From the NCBI RefSeq assembly GCF_963921235.1, contig NC_086098.1:237460001-237524000 (forward strand): DNA of 64,000 bases. The letters are read 5' to 3'. The DNA comes from Mobula hypostoma (Eukaryota). Position numbers and translations under genes: made by a program. Positions 40,031 to 52,543 of the stretch are shown here, one piece after another (position 1 is the first letter of the stretch; every line of letters starts with the position of its first letter). The notes beneath the pieces were generated by a model. The model ran no database searches. It worked only from the letters and a program-made list of their open reading frames with translations, and had not been told where the DNA came from.

Positions 40031-40510
40031 ATAAATGGACGATTGATCTCACAATCTACCTCCTTATGATCTTGCAACTTACCTACCTGCACTGCACTTT
40101 CTCTGCGGCTGTTTCGTTTCATTCTGCATTAAGCTGTGTTCAACTCAATGCACTGTCATCATGTGATCTTTATGGACAGTATGCAAAACAAACTTTTCAT
40201 TACATCTTGTGAAAAGTGGCAAAAATAAACCAATGCCAATAACGGAACCCATGAGGCCTATTGAGTTAAAGAGGAGGGAGGTCGGAAACTGCCCAACAAA
40301 AACAATTGTTCACAAATCAAACGGTCAGTAATTTGATTGCTAAGGCTGACTGGATGGGCTGAAGGGCCTCTTGTGCCAGACAGACACGGATGGAACTTCC
40401 CACAGTGTAGATATATACCAAGTCTCCCCTGGACAGGATTGTTTCCAGCTGTGGAGCATGAGAGTGGCTGCAGTAGGAATTGTTGTTAACGGGATGAGGA
40501 AGTCACTTAC

Positions 40511-40864
40511 TCTTAATATCTAGGCTGGTGCCTGGACCGAAGATACCTCCATTATACCACGCTGCACAGTAATAGACGGCGGAATCCCGGGGCTCCAAAC
40601 TGCTGATGGTCAGAATGTGACTGTTGCTGGAGGAGTCTCTGGACGGTTCAAAACGGTCTGTGATCCCTGTCCCTCGGTATATATTATTGTTTGGGTAATG
40701 TTCTAACACCCACTCCGGTCTCTCGCCGGGATACTCTTGGTACCAGTTCATGGAGTAACTTCCAACATCACCATTCTGCATTCGACACTCTAAGCGGACA
40801 GTTTGACCCGCGGAAACAGGTCCGGACATTGGGGTCTGACTGAGCACTGGGGCCGCGTGGAGAT
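40511..40864 (-). CDS. Germline-joined VJ exon of the Ig light chain
   Basis: DLHAAPVLSQTPMSGPVSAGQTVRLECRMQNGDVGSYSMNWYQ...WVLEHYPNNNIYRGTGITDRFEPSRDSSSNSHILTISSLEPRDSAVYYCAAWYNGGIFGPGTSLDIK, then donor gtaagt. No RSS between V and J; 354 nt, phase 1/1. Confidence 0.96.
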
Positions 40865-40970
40865 CTCCAATACAACAGAATAAAACCACTGGTTGACTTG
40901 GAGCAAAATAAAAATTAGTAGTTATCCCAATTTTATCGGATAATCCCAGCGGTAACCATCCGACTCTCAC

Positions 40971-41019
40971 CTGCTAAATGAACCAGCAGAACCCACAGGA
41001 GATGCAGCGCTGGGGACAT
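40971..41019 (-). CDS. Leader exon of the Ig light chain
   Basis: ATG at 41019; MSPALHLLWVLLVHLA+G; donor gtgaga; 106-nt intron to the V exon; spliced CDS 732 nt = 243 aa plus stop. Confidence 0.92.
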
Positions 41020-41138
41020 TCCTCCGGACAGGTGCAGACAGTGAGCGCCCAAAAACTCTAACCGAATCATGCGCTGTTTGTGCAATCTGCGGGAACTGCT
41101 CAGATTTCAGAGCCTACAAACTGGAGTCTCCGGGTCAG

Positions 41139-41159
41139 TTTATTAATTGTGATGTAAAT
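41139..41159 (-). promoter_or_regulatory. Candidate Ig promoter: octamer variant ATTTACAT followed by AT-rich ATTAATAAA
   Basis: One mismatch to ATTTGCAT, in light-chain orientation, about 135 nt upstream of the ATG. Confidence 0.5.
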
Positions 41160-43059
41160 GAGTGGGTGGTGGGAGGGAAAGAATGTGGGCGGAGATTGAT
41201 TTGCTGACCTTCGGAAACTTTGAATAGCAACCTTGCTGATTTTTCAAACCTTAACCCCAATTTTCAAGATTGTTTCACCTTCAGTTTGTATCACACATCC
41301 AGGCCTGCAAAACTTTGGACAATACTCAGGTAAACTTATTTTAAACATTGTTTCGGCTGCTTCCCTCTGGAACAATGAGTGTGGCTGGTGCTGGCACTCG
41401 GCCCCTCGTCTCTGCTCAGAATGGCTAATGAGAACAAAACTTTTAAAGGTCATATCAAATTCCTACAAAGTCTCCATGCCATCCCAGAATCACCTCGACA
41501 ATGCATCAGTTCCTATCTGAGAATTTGTCATTCCTGCGGAAAGCAAGTCGCTGCTTTGCTTGTGAGAGAATAAAGGCATTCGCTGAAACTTGTCACTTCC
41601 AACCGACAAGTGTTTTTACTCTCTAAAGTCTCCAAAGCGGGCCTGGGCAGAATTTCCTTTAACGTCAGACATTGAGGTCAGTCGTTTTGCAGAGGGGTTG
41701 CAGTGGCAACGCAGTAATCAACGCAGCAGGCCATGAGGAATGCTCCTCTTGGCAGTGAATCTTCCGCGTATCTTTACATGGGAATTAGGGATGTTCAGCA
41801 ATAATTGCCTGGAGATGCAAACAGCAGCAGACGCTGGAATCTAAAGAAACTCAGAAAGAGCTGGAAGGACTGAACCGGTCAGGCAGTATCTATGCAGGAA
41901 AATAGACAGTCGCCGTTTACGTCCGAGAACCGTCATCTGAAATCCCTTTCATGTAATTTTCCGACAGTGAGATATTGAGGCATGGAACAAGACTCTAAAG
42001 ATAATCCGACAAGGCTGCTAGGAGCAAACATCAGTCTGACTACATTAGATCCAGCAATTGGATCTGTCAACAGGAAACGATCTGACCACCAGCCCGTGGC
42101 GTTCCATGACCTTATTTCGTCATCTGCATCCGGTGGGACTACTGATCAGAAACCACTGGATTGAGTAAATTGAGGCTTATAAATTGGACCGTGGTCACAG
42201 GCTTGGGATTATAATATTCAAAGTTCAGAACAAATTTGCTATCAAAGTGCAGTAAGTCATTATATACAACCCTGAGTTTCATTGACTCGTGGGCATTCAC
42301 AGTATATATAAAGGAACACAATGGGATCAATGAAAAGCTAAACACTGAGACGAACAAATAGCCAACGTGCCAAATAGCTCAAACTGTGCAAATACAAAAC
42401 AAACAAATGCATACATACATGGATAAATAAACATTATTTTGTCTTACATAACCATTCACTTCACACTTTATGTCAACGGCTCTATCTACAGGCCATGCCA
42501 CTCAGACACATGTACTAATATCTATTTTCTGACTGCATCTTTTGGATCGTTACTGTATCTAATGTGTATGGCTTTATCTACTGTGTTTTCAGAGGCAGGG
42601 TGGTTTTTCTGTGTACGTGTGTATGGCTAATATGCAATAAACTTCAACATGAACTTGCACACATGACCTTACCCTTTCGCCATTGAATGAAACTCCAACT
42701 TAGAACATTTTTCTACACGGCCTCACATCTTCCACATTTTATTCGGTATTTTGTATCCCTGCCTGTTTTGCTAACCTGTGAACATCAACTCAGTCTTTCT
42801 GCACTGTCCTGATAACACTGATAATTAACAAACATGGCAATATTACACTTCGTTGCCTTATCCGGGTGTTTGGATATACACTATGAACAGCTGGACCTTT
42901 TTCCAGCAAACTCTTGTGAATCACTTTACAGGCGGCGTGTAACATGTACCGCGTCTGCTGATTGCCAATCGTTCTATTGCGTAAGTTGTAACGCTATTAC
43001 CAAGAGATCACCAAGAGGTTTGCCGATTACATTTTCTATCCCTGTTTCCCGGGTGATCT

Positions 43060-44800
43060 GCAGGCGCTTCCTTAATGTGAAGATAGCAAGGATATAATTG
43101 ATCAAAGTTACAGGGAGGTAGTCACCCCGAAGTTACAGGAGGCGAGTAGCTGGGTGACTGTCAGGAGAAATAGAAATGGGCAGTTAGATCATAACTCCCC
43201 TGTGGCCATCCCTCTCAAAAACAAGCATACCGCTTTGGATACTTTTGTGGAAGATGACCACCCGGGAGAATGCCACGATGATCGGGTTACAGGGACTGAG
43301 CATGGTCCGTGATGTAGAAGGGAAAGAGAGAGAGAGAGTGAAGAAAAGAGCGGTAGTGATAGGAAACTCAATAAAGAGGGAGACAGACAGGAGAATCTGT
43401 AGACTTGAACGGGACACCCGGATAGTATGTTACCTCCCAGGTGCGAGGGTCAGGCATGTCTCAGAGAGAAAGCATCCAGATTTCTTTGTGCATATTGCTA
43501 CCAATGTTAGGGGAAGGAAAAGATATGAGGTCCTGAAAAGAGACTTTCGAGAGCTAGGTAGAAAGCTGAGAAGCAGGACCCCCCGAATAGTAATTTCTGG
43601 ATTGCTGCCTGCGCCACGCGCTAGTGAGGGTAAAAACAGGACTATTTGGCAGAATATACGTGGCTGAGAAGCTGATGCAGCGGGCGGGGCTTCAGCTTCT
43701 TGTATAATTGGGTTCTATTCTGGGGGAGGTATGACCTGCTCAAAAGTGATGGGTTGCACCTGAACCCGAGGGTGACCAATATTCTCGCGGACGGGTGTGT
43801 TAGGACTGTTGGGCAGAGTTTCAACTGACTTGGCAGATCGGTGGGAACCGGTGTTGATGGGACTCAGGATAGGATGGATAGTAAAAATCTAAAGTTAGCG
43901 TGCAGTCAGATTGTCAGGAAGTGATCGCAGGTGATGGGACTTAGTTGCAGGCAGCAGGCTGAGTATCAAATCATTAAGGATACAGACTCAGAAAGGGTAG
44001 TAAATCCCGTACCTAAGTGTTGTATCTAAATGCGCGTAGTATAATAAATAAGGTGAATGATCTTCTTGAAATATTACAGATTGCCGGTATGATGTTGTGT
44101 CCCTCAGTGAATCGCTGAACGGTGGTTGTAGTTGTGAGCTGCATGTCCAAGGTTATACGTTATATCAGAGGGATAGGAAGGTAGGCAGAGGGGGTGGTGT
44201 GGTTCTACGAGTAAAATCAAATCAGATGTGCCATATGTTTGGAAGATGTTGAATCATTGTGGGTTGAGTGAAGGAACTGCAAGGGTGAAAGGACATCGCT
44301 GGCACTTATATACAGGCGTCTCAACTGAAGCTGGGAGGTCAACCACACGTTACAAAAGGAAAACGAAAAGGCGAATCAAAAGAGCAATGTAGTTAATGGA
44401 GTTTAATCAATCAGGTCGGTTGCGAAAATTAAGTTGGCAATGGATCTCAAGACAGTGAGACTGTTGAATTTCTAAGAGTAAGCTTTTTAGAGCAGCTTTT
44501 CCGTTGACCCTACTCGGGGAGCAGCAATACTGGATTGGGTTTTATGTAATAAACTGGAGGTGCTTAGCGAGCTTCAGGTAAAAGAACCTTGAGAAAGCAG
44601 TCATCCCAATATAGTTGTGTCCAACTTCAAATTTCACAGAGAAAAAGTAAAGTCTGATTCAGCAGTATTTTAGTGAAGGGAAACTACAGTGGTATGAGAG
44701 AGGAGTTGGCCAAAGTAAACTGGAAGCAGCAGCTGGCAAGCATGTCAGTAGAGCGGCAATAACTTGCGTTTCTGGGGGAAATGCGGTAGGTGCAAGATAT
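43060..44800 (+). mobile_element. CR1 LINE 5' part: ORF1 esterase/SGNH-like remnant and decayed endonuclease
   Basis: RAVVIGNSI...VCYLPGARVRHV...LGRKLRSRTPRIVISGLLP; endonuclease start ttgtatctaaatgcgcgtagtataataaataagg at about 44020. Confidence 0.85.
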
Positions 44801-46199
44801 TTGATGAAGAATGAAGTCCTGGCCTGTCTAACGTATCCATGTAATTCGTCCCGCGAGTCCTAACATCTTTGTAAACCTTTTCTGCACTCTTCCAAGTTGA
44901 ATAACATCTTTCAGAAACTACTGATCTCCAAGGATTTTCATGAAAAACAGTCTCTGGAGTTTACGGAGTCTGTAAAGGAAAGCAAATAAAATCATCTAGT
45001 GAGCGGCAATTTTGTTGGCGCCAATGTCTTGTCTCTGAGAGAGATCAGAAGAAAATAGCTAGACTGGATCAAGCTTACAGCAAGGCAACAATATCTCAAA
45101 TAACCATGCATTCCAAAGGTGGTGTGCAGAAGAGCGTTTATGAACGCACAACACGTCGAATCCTGAGGTGATTCAAAATTCAAGACCACGAACATGCACT
45201 TAGTGGGCTCTTTAATAGGTACACGCAATAAAGTGGTTATTGAATGTATGAAAGCCTGCGTGCCAAATGTAATTGTAAATTAATTCAAGCAACGCACACA
45301 AATGCTGGTGGAACGCAGCAGGCCAGGTAGCATTTTGTGTGTGGTGCTTGAATTTCCAGTATCTGTAGATTTTCTCGTGTATGCAAATGAATTCAGTGTA
45401 TTTGGTGAGGTGCAGTCTGACGGGTATAGCTATCAACTTGTACGGATCAAAGAATGAATTGCTAACAAATTCTTTCCATCCCAAGGCTTCTCCCTCTTAG
45501 TCGACCCACACCTCTCACCCACCTATCTACAAACAGAAAACAGTTCACCGAAGATGAAGAAAGTTACATGAATTTCTATGAAGCTCTCTGGTTCTGATCT
45601 GCGCAATATTGCAAGCTTTGCAAAAAGGTACCATAGTAAGCGTTTTACCAGAACGGTACTAGAACTTAGAGGTGATACCGAATAACAAAAAAAGGCCAAA
45701 GTGGAAACCAACTTTATCGAATAGTTCGATGGGAGTGAGCAATACGCACACAAAGTGCTGAAGGAATTCAGCAGATCATACAGTATCTATGAAGGGGAAT
45801 GAATAGTCGTTGTTTCGGGCCCAGGCCTTTCATCAGGACATCCCCATTGATGTTGCCTGACTTATGAGTTCCTTCAGCATTATTTTTGTGATGTTCCGGA
45901 TTTCCAGCATCTGCTGATTCTCCTGTGTTTTTGATAAGCAGGAGAATAGTGGCTGACCGCAAGACCGGGTGGGAGGAGCGGTCACACGGATCATCCCTAA
46001 TAGATCCAACATGAAAATCGGGAAATATTTAAAAGTTTCCGATTGCGAACAATGCGGAACTCGCACGAGGCGGTGAACAGCAGCAGCAGATTTAACACCA
46101 AATTAGGTGGTCACACGAGTGGGAAAGAAACGGAAGTAGATGGCGATGGGTGGCATGGAGAGAAGTGAGAGAGAGCTCAACAAAGATGTGCTCAACAAA

Positions 46200-47880
46200 T
46201 GTATATTCCAGTTAAAAGAAAGGAAAGTTAGAGTGGGGAAAGCCGGTCTTGGATAAGTAAGGAAATAAAAGAAGGCAACAAATTAAAAGCTCGAGCATAA
46301 AAAGTCACCAAGACTAGTGGGAACCTTGAGAACTGGGGACGCTGCAAAAAGCAACGAAGAACCACTTAGCGAGCAATAAGGAAAGGGAAGCTACATTATG
46401 GATATAAACTAGCACAAAACATAGAAAACAGATAGTAAAAGAATTTTCCTAATTATCTAAAGCCTAGAAGAGTGACTAAAGTGAATGTAAGTCCATTGGA
46501 GGACGAGAAAGTGGAATTAATATTGGGTCATGATGAAATAGCAGAGGATTTGAAGGAGTATGTTGTGCTTTTCTTCACGGTACAGGAACTGTCTAACATG
46601 CCAAAAAGAAACGCTATGGCTGCGATGGGAGTTGAGCACCTCGATACAATAGCTATCACTAAAACGGTAGTGTAGAGCAAATTTGTTGGCCTAAAAATAG
46701 AGAAGTCCCCTAGTCCCGATGGAATGCATCCCAGGGTAATGAAAGAAATGGCAGAAGTTACAGTGGTGGCTTTGATAATAATTTACCAAAATTCCCTGGA
46801 CTCTGGGCAGGTCCTGGCGGATTGGAAGACGGCGTATATCACGCCACAGTTCAAAAAAGGATGTAGGCAAAAGACAGGTAACAATAGGCCAGTTAGTTTA
46901 ACATCCGTAGTTGGGAAAATGCTTGAAGCCCTCATTAAAAAAAAAAGGAAAGAAATGGATCAATCAGGCAAACGCAGGTCCTGTTTGACAAAGGTACTGG
47001 AGCTCTTTGAGGACATAACGAGCGCAGTGGATAGAGGAAAACAGCTGGACTTTAATTATTTGTATTTCCAGAATGCGATCGATAAGGTACCGTATAAGAT
47101 GCAAAGAGTTGGGGGTGAGTATTGGCATGGATAGAGGGTTGGTTAACAAATAGAAAGAAAAGAGTTGGGAACATGGGTATTACTCTGGTTGACAAACAGT
47201 GATGAACTGTGTGCCGCAGGCGTTGGTACTGGACCCGCATCTATTCACGATAGACATTAACAATTTGGAAGACGGGGCCGAGAGTAGTGTAGTTAAGTTT
47301 GTTGATTCTACTAATAGAGTGGAAAAACAAGTTGTGCGGAAGATACGGAGAGTCTGCAGAGAGATATAGATATGTTAAGTGAGTGGCAAGTGTCTGGAAG
47401 ATGGAGTATAATTTGTTAAATGAGAAGTCATCAACTTTGGAAGGAAAAACGAAAGAGCAGATTATTACTTCAATGGTAAAAAAAATTAGCATTCTAAAAG
47501 GAACTTGGAAGTGTTTATACATGAATCACAAAAGGTTAGTTTGCAGGTGCAGTGCGCTATCAAGAAGACAGATAGAATGTTAGCCTTCATTGATGGAGGG
47601 ATCGCATTCAAGAGCAGGGAGGTTATGCTGCAACTGTACAAGGTGCCGGTGAGGAAAAATATACTGGCTTTGGAGGCGGTGCAGAGGACCTGTGGAATTA
47701 TCTCCTCAGTGAAGCAACGGAGGATATATTTTGCATAGTAGGGGAATTAAGGGTTATTGTGAAAATGCAGGTAAATGGAGATGAGTTCATGGCCAGGTTA
47801 ACCATGATCTTATTGAATGGCGGAGCAGCCTTGACGTGCCAGATGCCCTACTCCTGCTCCTATTTGATATGTTCTTATGA
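46200..47880 (+). mobile_element. Degenerate CR1 ORF2 to 3' tail
   Basis: NNRPVSLTSVVGKMLE, FQNAIDKVPY, AFKSREVMLQLYK; tail ctactcctgctcctat. Confidence 0.88.
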
Positions 47881-47899
47881 GTTACTGCAAAACAGAAGC

Positions 47900-48160
47900 A
47901 CCAGTTGACCTTCTACAGAGGCGGCACCACGCCCGGTTGCGAAAGACTGAGGCTTGACGTGGGACTAGCAACCTCATCATGTAAAAACACAAAGCTACAG
48001 AAACGCCCAACAGAAGTTCCAAAGGCCTGTTCTATGGGTGGGCAAAGATCTTCGAAGTTGGGCTCCATCTGGAGACAATTAGAAAGGCTAGCACTTGACA
48101 GAGTACTCTCTAAAGATGCTGTCAGTGGCCTATGATGCAGTATGGGTTAAGAAGAAGAAT
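47900..48160 (+). mobile_element. Short RTE-derived non-autonomous element
   Basis: gacgtgggactagcaacctcatcatgtaaaaac 5' motif fused to IWRQLERLALDRVL...AVSGL and a gaagaagaa tail. Confidence 0.65.
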
Positions 48161-48914
48161 CGCCACGAGGGAGCACTTATGAGAGGAAGTTAACTTTCAG
48201 AGTACACTCACAAAATGTTGAAAAACTCAGAACTCATGCACATACTTTAGACAGGAATAAACAGGTAACGTTTCGGACCGAAACTCTGCATCAGAGCTAA
48301 TGACTTTGAAATGAGGGACGGAGAGTGAACTAGATCTAATTCTGAATTGAAAGCATAACTGCTGGTTTTGGACCGAAATGGTCATGTTGTGCCGTAACTA
48401 AATTGGTGCTCGAGGGAGATCTGAGCTTCAGTAACAAGGAAACGATTCAGCCCCTGACACAAAGTCGGCAGAGCGTGCTGTCATCAGAGTGCCCAGTGAA
48501 CTACTACCGTGAAATTCGCCGACAGATTCACTCATAATGAATCTATTTCATTTTCAGGCGCTTCAAATGCTGTTAAACAGTTGTAGCAACAGTTAACATT
48601 TAAGTTGGAAAACGTGACCGAACTGGAACCTTTGTGTGGGTTTACTGTTTTTGTAGCTTGGACGCTGCTGCCCAAAGGTCAGCCTCTTTGCGTTAATGTT
48701 ACATGTTACACTGGAAGGCACTGCAGCCCACAACGAGCATATTTGTGGAAATTAAACATATATTTTGCCCTAGGTTGAGTCCTGTTAATACGAGAATCGC
48801 AATGTGAACAACGTTGCAATTTAAATAAATCAACAGAAATAATCTCGGGGCATTGGGCATCTCCAACATCGATTTTTAATGCAACTTCAAAGAATCCTGC
48901 GTAATCCTGTAACC

Positions 48915-49510
48915 CTGCGACATAGGAGCAGAATTCGGCTATTCAGCGCATCGAGCCTGCTCCACCATTCTATCATGTCTGATTATCCCGTTTCAAACAG
49001 GTTTTCCTGCCTTTTCCCCGAAACCTTTGATGCCCTTACTAATCAAGAACAGATCAATCTCAGCTTTAAATACACCCTATACATGACCTCCACAACCGTC
49101 TGTGACAATGTGTTTCACAGATTCACCAGCCTCTGGCCAAAAATAAATAAATAAATAAATATCAATGTTCTGGAGGGACGTCATACTATTCTAAGGTTGT
49201 GCTCTGTGATCATAGACATTCCCACATTTGGAAACATCGTCTCCACCACTACACAATATAGCCCTTTCAATATTCGATGGGTTTCAAGAAGATTCCACCG
49301 CCGCCCCACTATCACTACCACCACCATTTTCTAAACTCCTGTGAGTACAAGCGCAGAGCAATCAAACGCTCTTCATTTGTTAATTCTTTCATTGCCAAGG
49401 TCATTCTAGTGTACATTCCCTGCACCATCTCCGATGGAATCTCGTCCTCCCTTAGATAAGGGGCGCAAAACTACTCAAAATAATCCAGTTACTGTCTGTC
49501 CAATGCCTTA
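48915..49510 (-). mobile_element. CR1 3' fragment
   Basis: cataggagcagaattcggctattcagc tail; plus-strand cccttagataagggg...aaaactactcaaaata is the reverse of the EYxxQFWxPYL segment. Confidence 0.8.
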
Positions 49511-50324
49511 CAAAGCCTCAGCATTGCAACAACGCTATAGGAATCACCAGTAACTATAATCGCCGTTCGCTCTATGAATTACAGTGACTAAAGGTCCAGG
49601 TTAGAGGTTGGAATCGCAGAGCGAGTAATACTTTTTGACAACACCCTCAATTTTTACCTTAACAAAGTTCAGGCATTCAATGGAATACTGTCTGCAGGTC
49701 TCTATTGGTGTAGTTCCAACAACGCGAACTCGGTACTGTCCATTGTAAAGTACCCCGATCAAAATTCACTGCAGTTCCCTCCCAGACAACTTTAACAGCT
49801 GTTCCCCAACTCTAGGCAAGCAGTCTAGTGTAGCATGGACTGGAATACACCCCTGCAGGTTCCCCTCCTTGTCGTAAATTATCCTGGCTTGTATATCTGT
49901 GTGCCGTCAATCTCTCGTGTTCTAAACCCTTTCTTGTTGTACAACAAGGAGGACCTTTACAAGAGAGGCTGCAGTAAGTACGCACAGTCGACTCATCGCC
50001 AGCTTCTGTGGGAAATTGGTCAAGAAAATGAATGCCGGTTTTGTTAGCGATATACATGTCTACATCCCGGAAACTATGCTCAAACTATGCTCTGTTTGGC
50101 AATATTTCTGAACACTTCTCCAAACCGTTTGATCTTGTGACGAAAAGGCGCGGTAACCAGGTGCAACAAGCACAAGGCGCGGATTGGATGTTATCAGCCC
50201 CGAACCGGAACTTCGGCACTGCGCGTTGGCCACAACCGCTCAAAGGCTGCACAGAGCCGCGGCTGTAATCAATCCAACTCCTGGGAGTCGAGAGCCGCGC
50301 CGCCGACTACCGGACCGCTTTCAG

Positions 50325-50379
50325 ATGTTGATAGAGGCTTTGACCCTGTTCCTTACCGTTCAGATGCTTCGTGTTTGCG
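50325..50379 (+). CDS. Leader exon of a non-rearranging V-C1-TM Ig-superfamily receptor
   Basis: MLIEALTLFLTVQMLRVC+G, donor gtgagt, phase 1, in a CpG-rich patch (50140-50330). Confidence 0.8.
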
Positions 50380-51045
50380 GTGAGTGAGTCGGCGTAGGGA
50401 ACTTTCAAAGAAGATCGCCGAAATGTTGGGAGAAACGGGCCCTTGTATGTTTGTTATCCCAGTGGAAATGTTGTTCGGTTATAAAACCAGATCAATGATC
50501 GGGATTAAGTTACCCACACGACCCTCGCCTAGCTCTCTGCATTGAACATCCTATGCGACTGGGGAAATAAATTTCAATGAATCAAATAAATCTAGAATGT
50601 CATGAATGCTGATTCTAAAACTACCTAAATAAATTATAAATCATTTTGTCGGTAAGTCTCGCTCATTTTCTATTGGTGAAGCGAATCTGGCGCACTGATC
50701 CTCTGTGTCCCTATGTGACGCCAAAACCAACGAAGAATGTTCGGCGAGCCCTGCCTGAAATGGCCACCAAACTTCTCAATTTAAGGTCACCTGCGGATAG
50801 ATAAACAAACTACTTTTGCCGGCTACAAATCCTGTAAACGAATAAAGGAAAAGTCTTGCGAATTGACCGAGTTAACATGCATTTTCCTTCTGGTCGTCAG
50901 TTAGATGTTGTTGAGATACCTTAGCCAATAAGTACAACCTAAAACAACGACGTATTTTTAAACTATGGCAATGTGTTTAATTCAGAATTCGTCCGATTCC
51001 ATAGTAGACATTTTTTTTATTCATTGATGTTAATTCCATTTGCAG

Positions 51046-51369
51046 AACCCAACCCGTTTTCCGAGAGTGCGTCTGTAGTGACTGCAGTTGTCGGTCAGAT
51101 GGTTGAACTCTCCTGCGAACTCACGTACAGATTGGAGGTCGCAAGCAATGTGCTCTGGTACAAACAGCGTGCGGACGAACACCCGGTGGCGATCAAATCC
51201 ACGGACTGCCAAAAGAACGGCTGTAGGACTACTTACAAAAAAGGATCCGGCGATCGCACATCAGTGCTGGAAATCCGGAATGTTCAGGTGGAGGATTCGG
51301 GTTTCTACTACTGTGCTGGAGTGAACAGCTATTCGCCGTTTGTGAAAGGACCGACACTCCTGGTTGGAG
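51046..51369 (+). CDS. V-set exon with built-in J-like G strand
   Basis: Acceptor tttgcag. EPNPFSESASVVTAVVGQMVELSCELTYRLEVASNVLWYKQ...DCQKNGC...SVLEIRNVQVEDSGFYYCAGVNSYSPFVKGPTLLVG; donor gtaagt; 324 nt, phase 1/1. Confidence 0.93.
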
Positions 51370-51452
51370 GTAAGTCAACTCGACTGTGGGATTATACTCA
51401 GCCATCCGCTTCACGTGAAGCTGCTTTTAACGGTGTCCCCATCTCTGTCCAG

Positions 51453-51773
51453 ACAGCTCCACCAACCTGACCTACATGCAGGTATTTGTCCCACCATCTG
51501 AGGCGAACGGGTCGGTTGCCCTGGTGTGTCTGGTCGGCGGCCTTTCTTCTAACCAGATTATCATTTATTGGAACATATCCGGACAGATCACGGAAGGATG
51601 GAGCGATACCGGCAGGTTTGACCCAGACCAGGGTTATACTGTTAGAAGTCAGGTGCGGGTCCCAGTGGAAACCTGGGTGAGCGGCGGAGTCTGTACCTGC
51701 ATCGCACAGCTCGGGGGTACGGGAAAGATGATAAACAAGAGCGTGTCCCATAACACAAATAAACCCGTTCAAG
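51453..51773 (+). CDS. C1-set constant-domain exon
   Basis: Acceptor gtccag. DSSTNLTYMQVFVPPSEANGSVALVCLVGG...IIYWNISG...GYTVRSQVRVPVETWVSGGVCTCIAQ...NKSVSHNTNKPVQ; donor gtgagc; 321 nt, phase 1/1. Confidence 0.93.
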
Positions 51774-52543
51774 GTGAGCCGACGTTTCGTACATAAAGTT
51801 TTGATGTATATCATTCTGTGGTGAAATGGCGAGAGAGACTCAATGGGCCGAACAGCCTAATTCTGTTCCTATGTCTTATGGTCTTATAACTGCTGGAATA
51901 ATTTGCTGGTTCAATAACGGCAAAGCAGTATTAATTTCTATTTATTAGTTTTTAAGCATCTGCTTATCCCAGCAAACCTACCATTGGCTGTCCAACCCTA
52001 ATAACTCTTTGAACAGCTAGGGGTGAACCTCCTTCTTAACTCTCTGATGTCCCTGATGATCTCAGAGTGCGGTTGGAGCGTTTTCCGGGAATTGAACACG
52101 GCTACGATGAGAGGAAGGCGCTGTCTTTCCAAGTTGGGATAGTGAACAGGGAACTGATTGGAATTGTCAAGGTGGCTGCGAGGCAAATCGAGGAAAAGCT
52201 CTGATTAGCCGTATTGCCTCATGGGCTAATTCATTCTTTGAGTGGTTCTTCGCTTGTCCTTGCTATGGGTATCTGGTCGTACATTAAAGTTTGAAGATCA
52301 AAGGTCACCCTTATTCGCCATATACATTAACATGTATCGGGATTTTGTCGTAGTGTGCTGGTCAAGGCACGACATGTAACAGAAGTTAAAAATTTTCAAA
52401 AATTATAAAATTAAAGGCTTATAGATAAGTGATTGAAAAACCATCTGGTAATATAAATTTTTTCACATTACAACCAAATGAAAGCTCGAATAAAATGTTC
52501 CTGGAAACCACGATTTCACCAAACAACAATTCTCTTGCTCTAG

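Noticed and set aside
40401-40407. Perfect heptamer CACAGTG in the J-C intron
   Set aside because: No nonamer at 12 or 23 spacing, wrong orientation for a kappa-style intronic RS, and lone heptamers occur several times by chance in 64 kb.
50184-50324. Upstream extension of the leader ORF (67-aa ORF call)
   Set aside because: Starts at a non-ATG codon; the signal-peptide-like sequence begins at ATG 50325.
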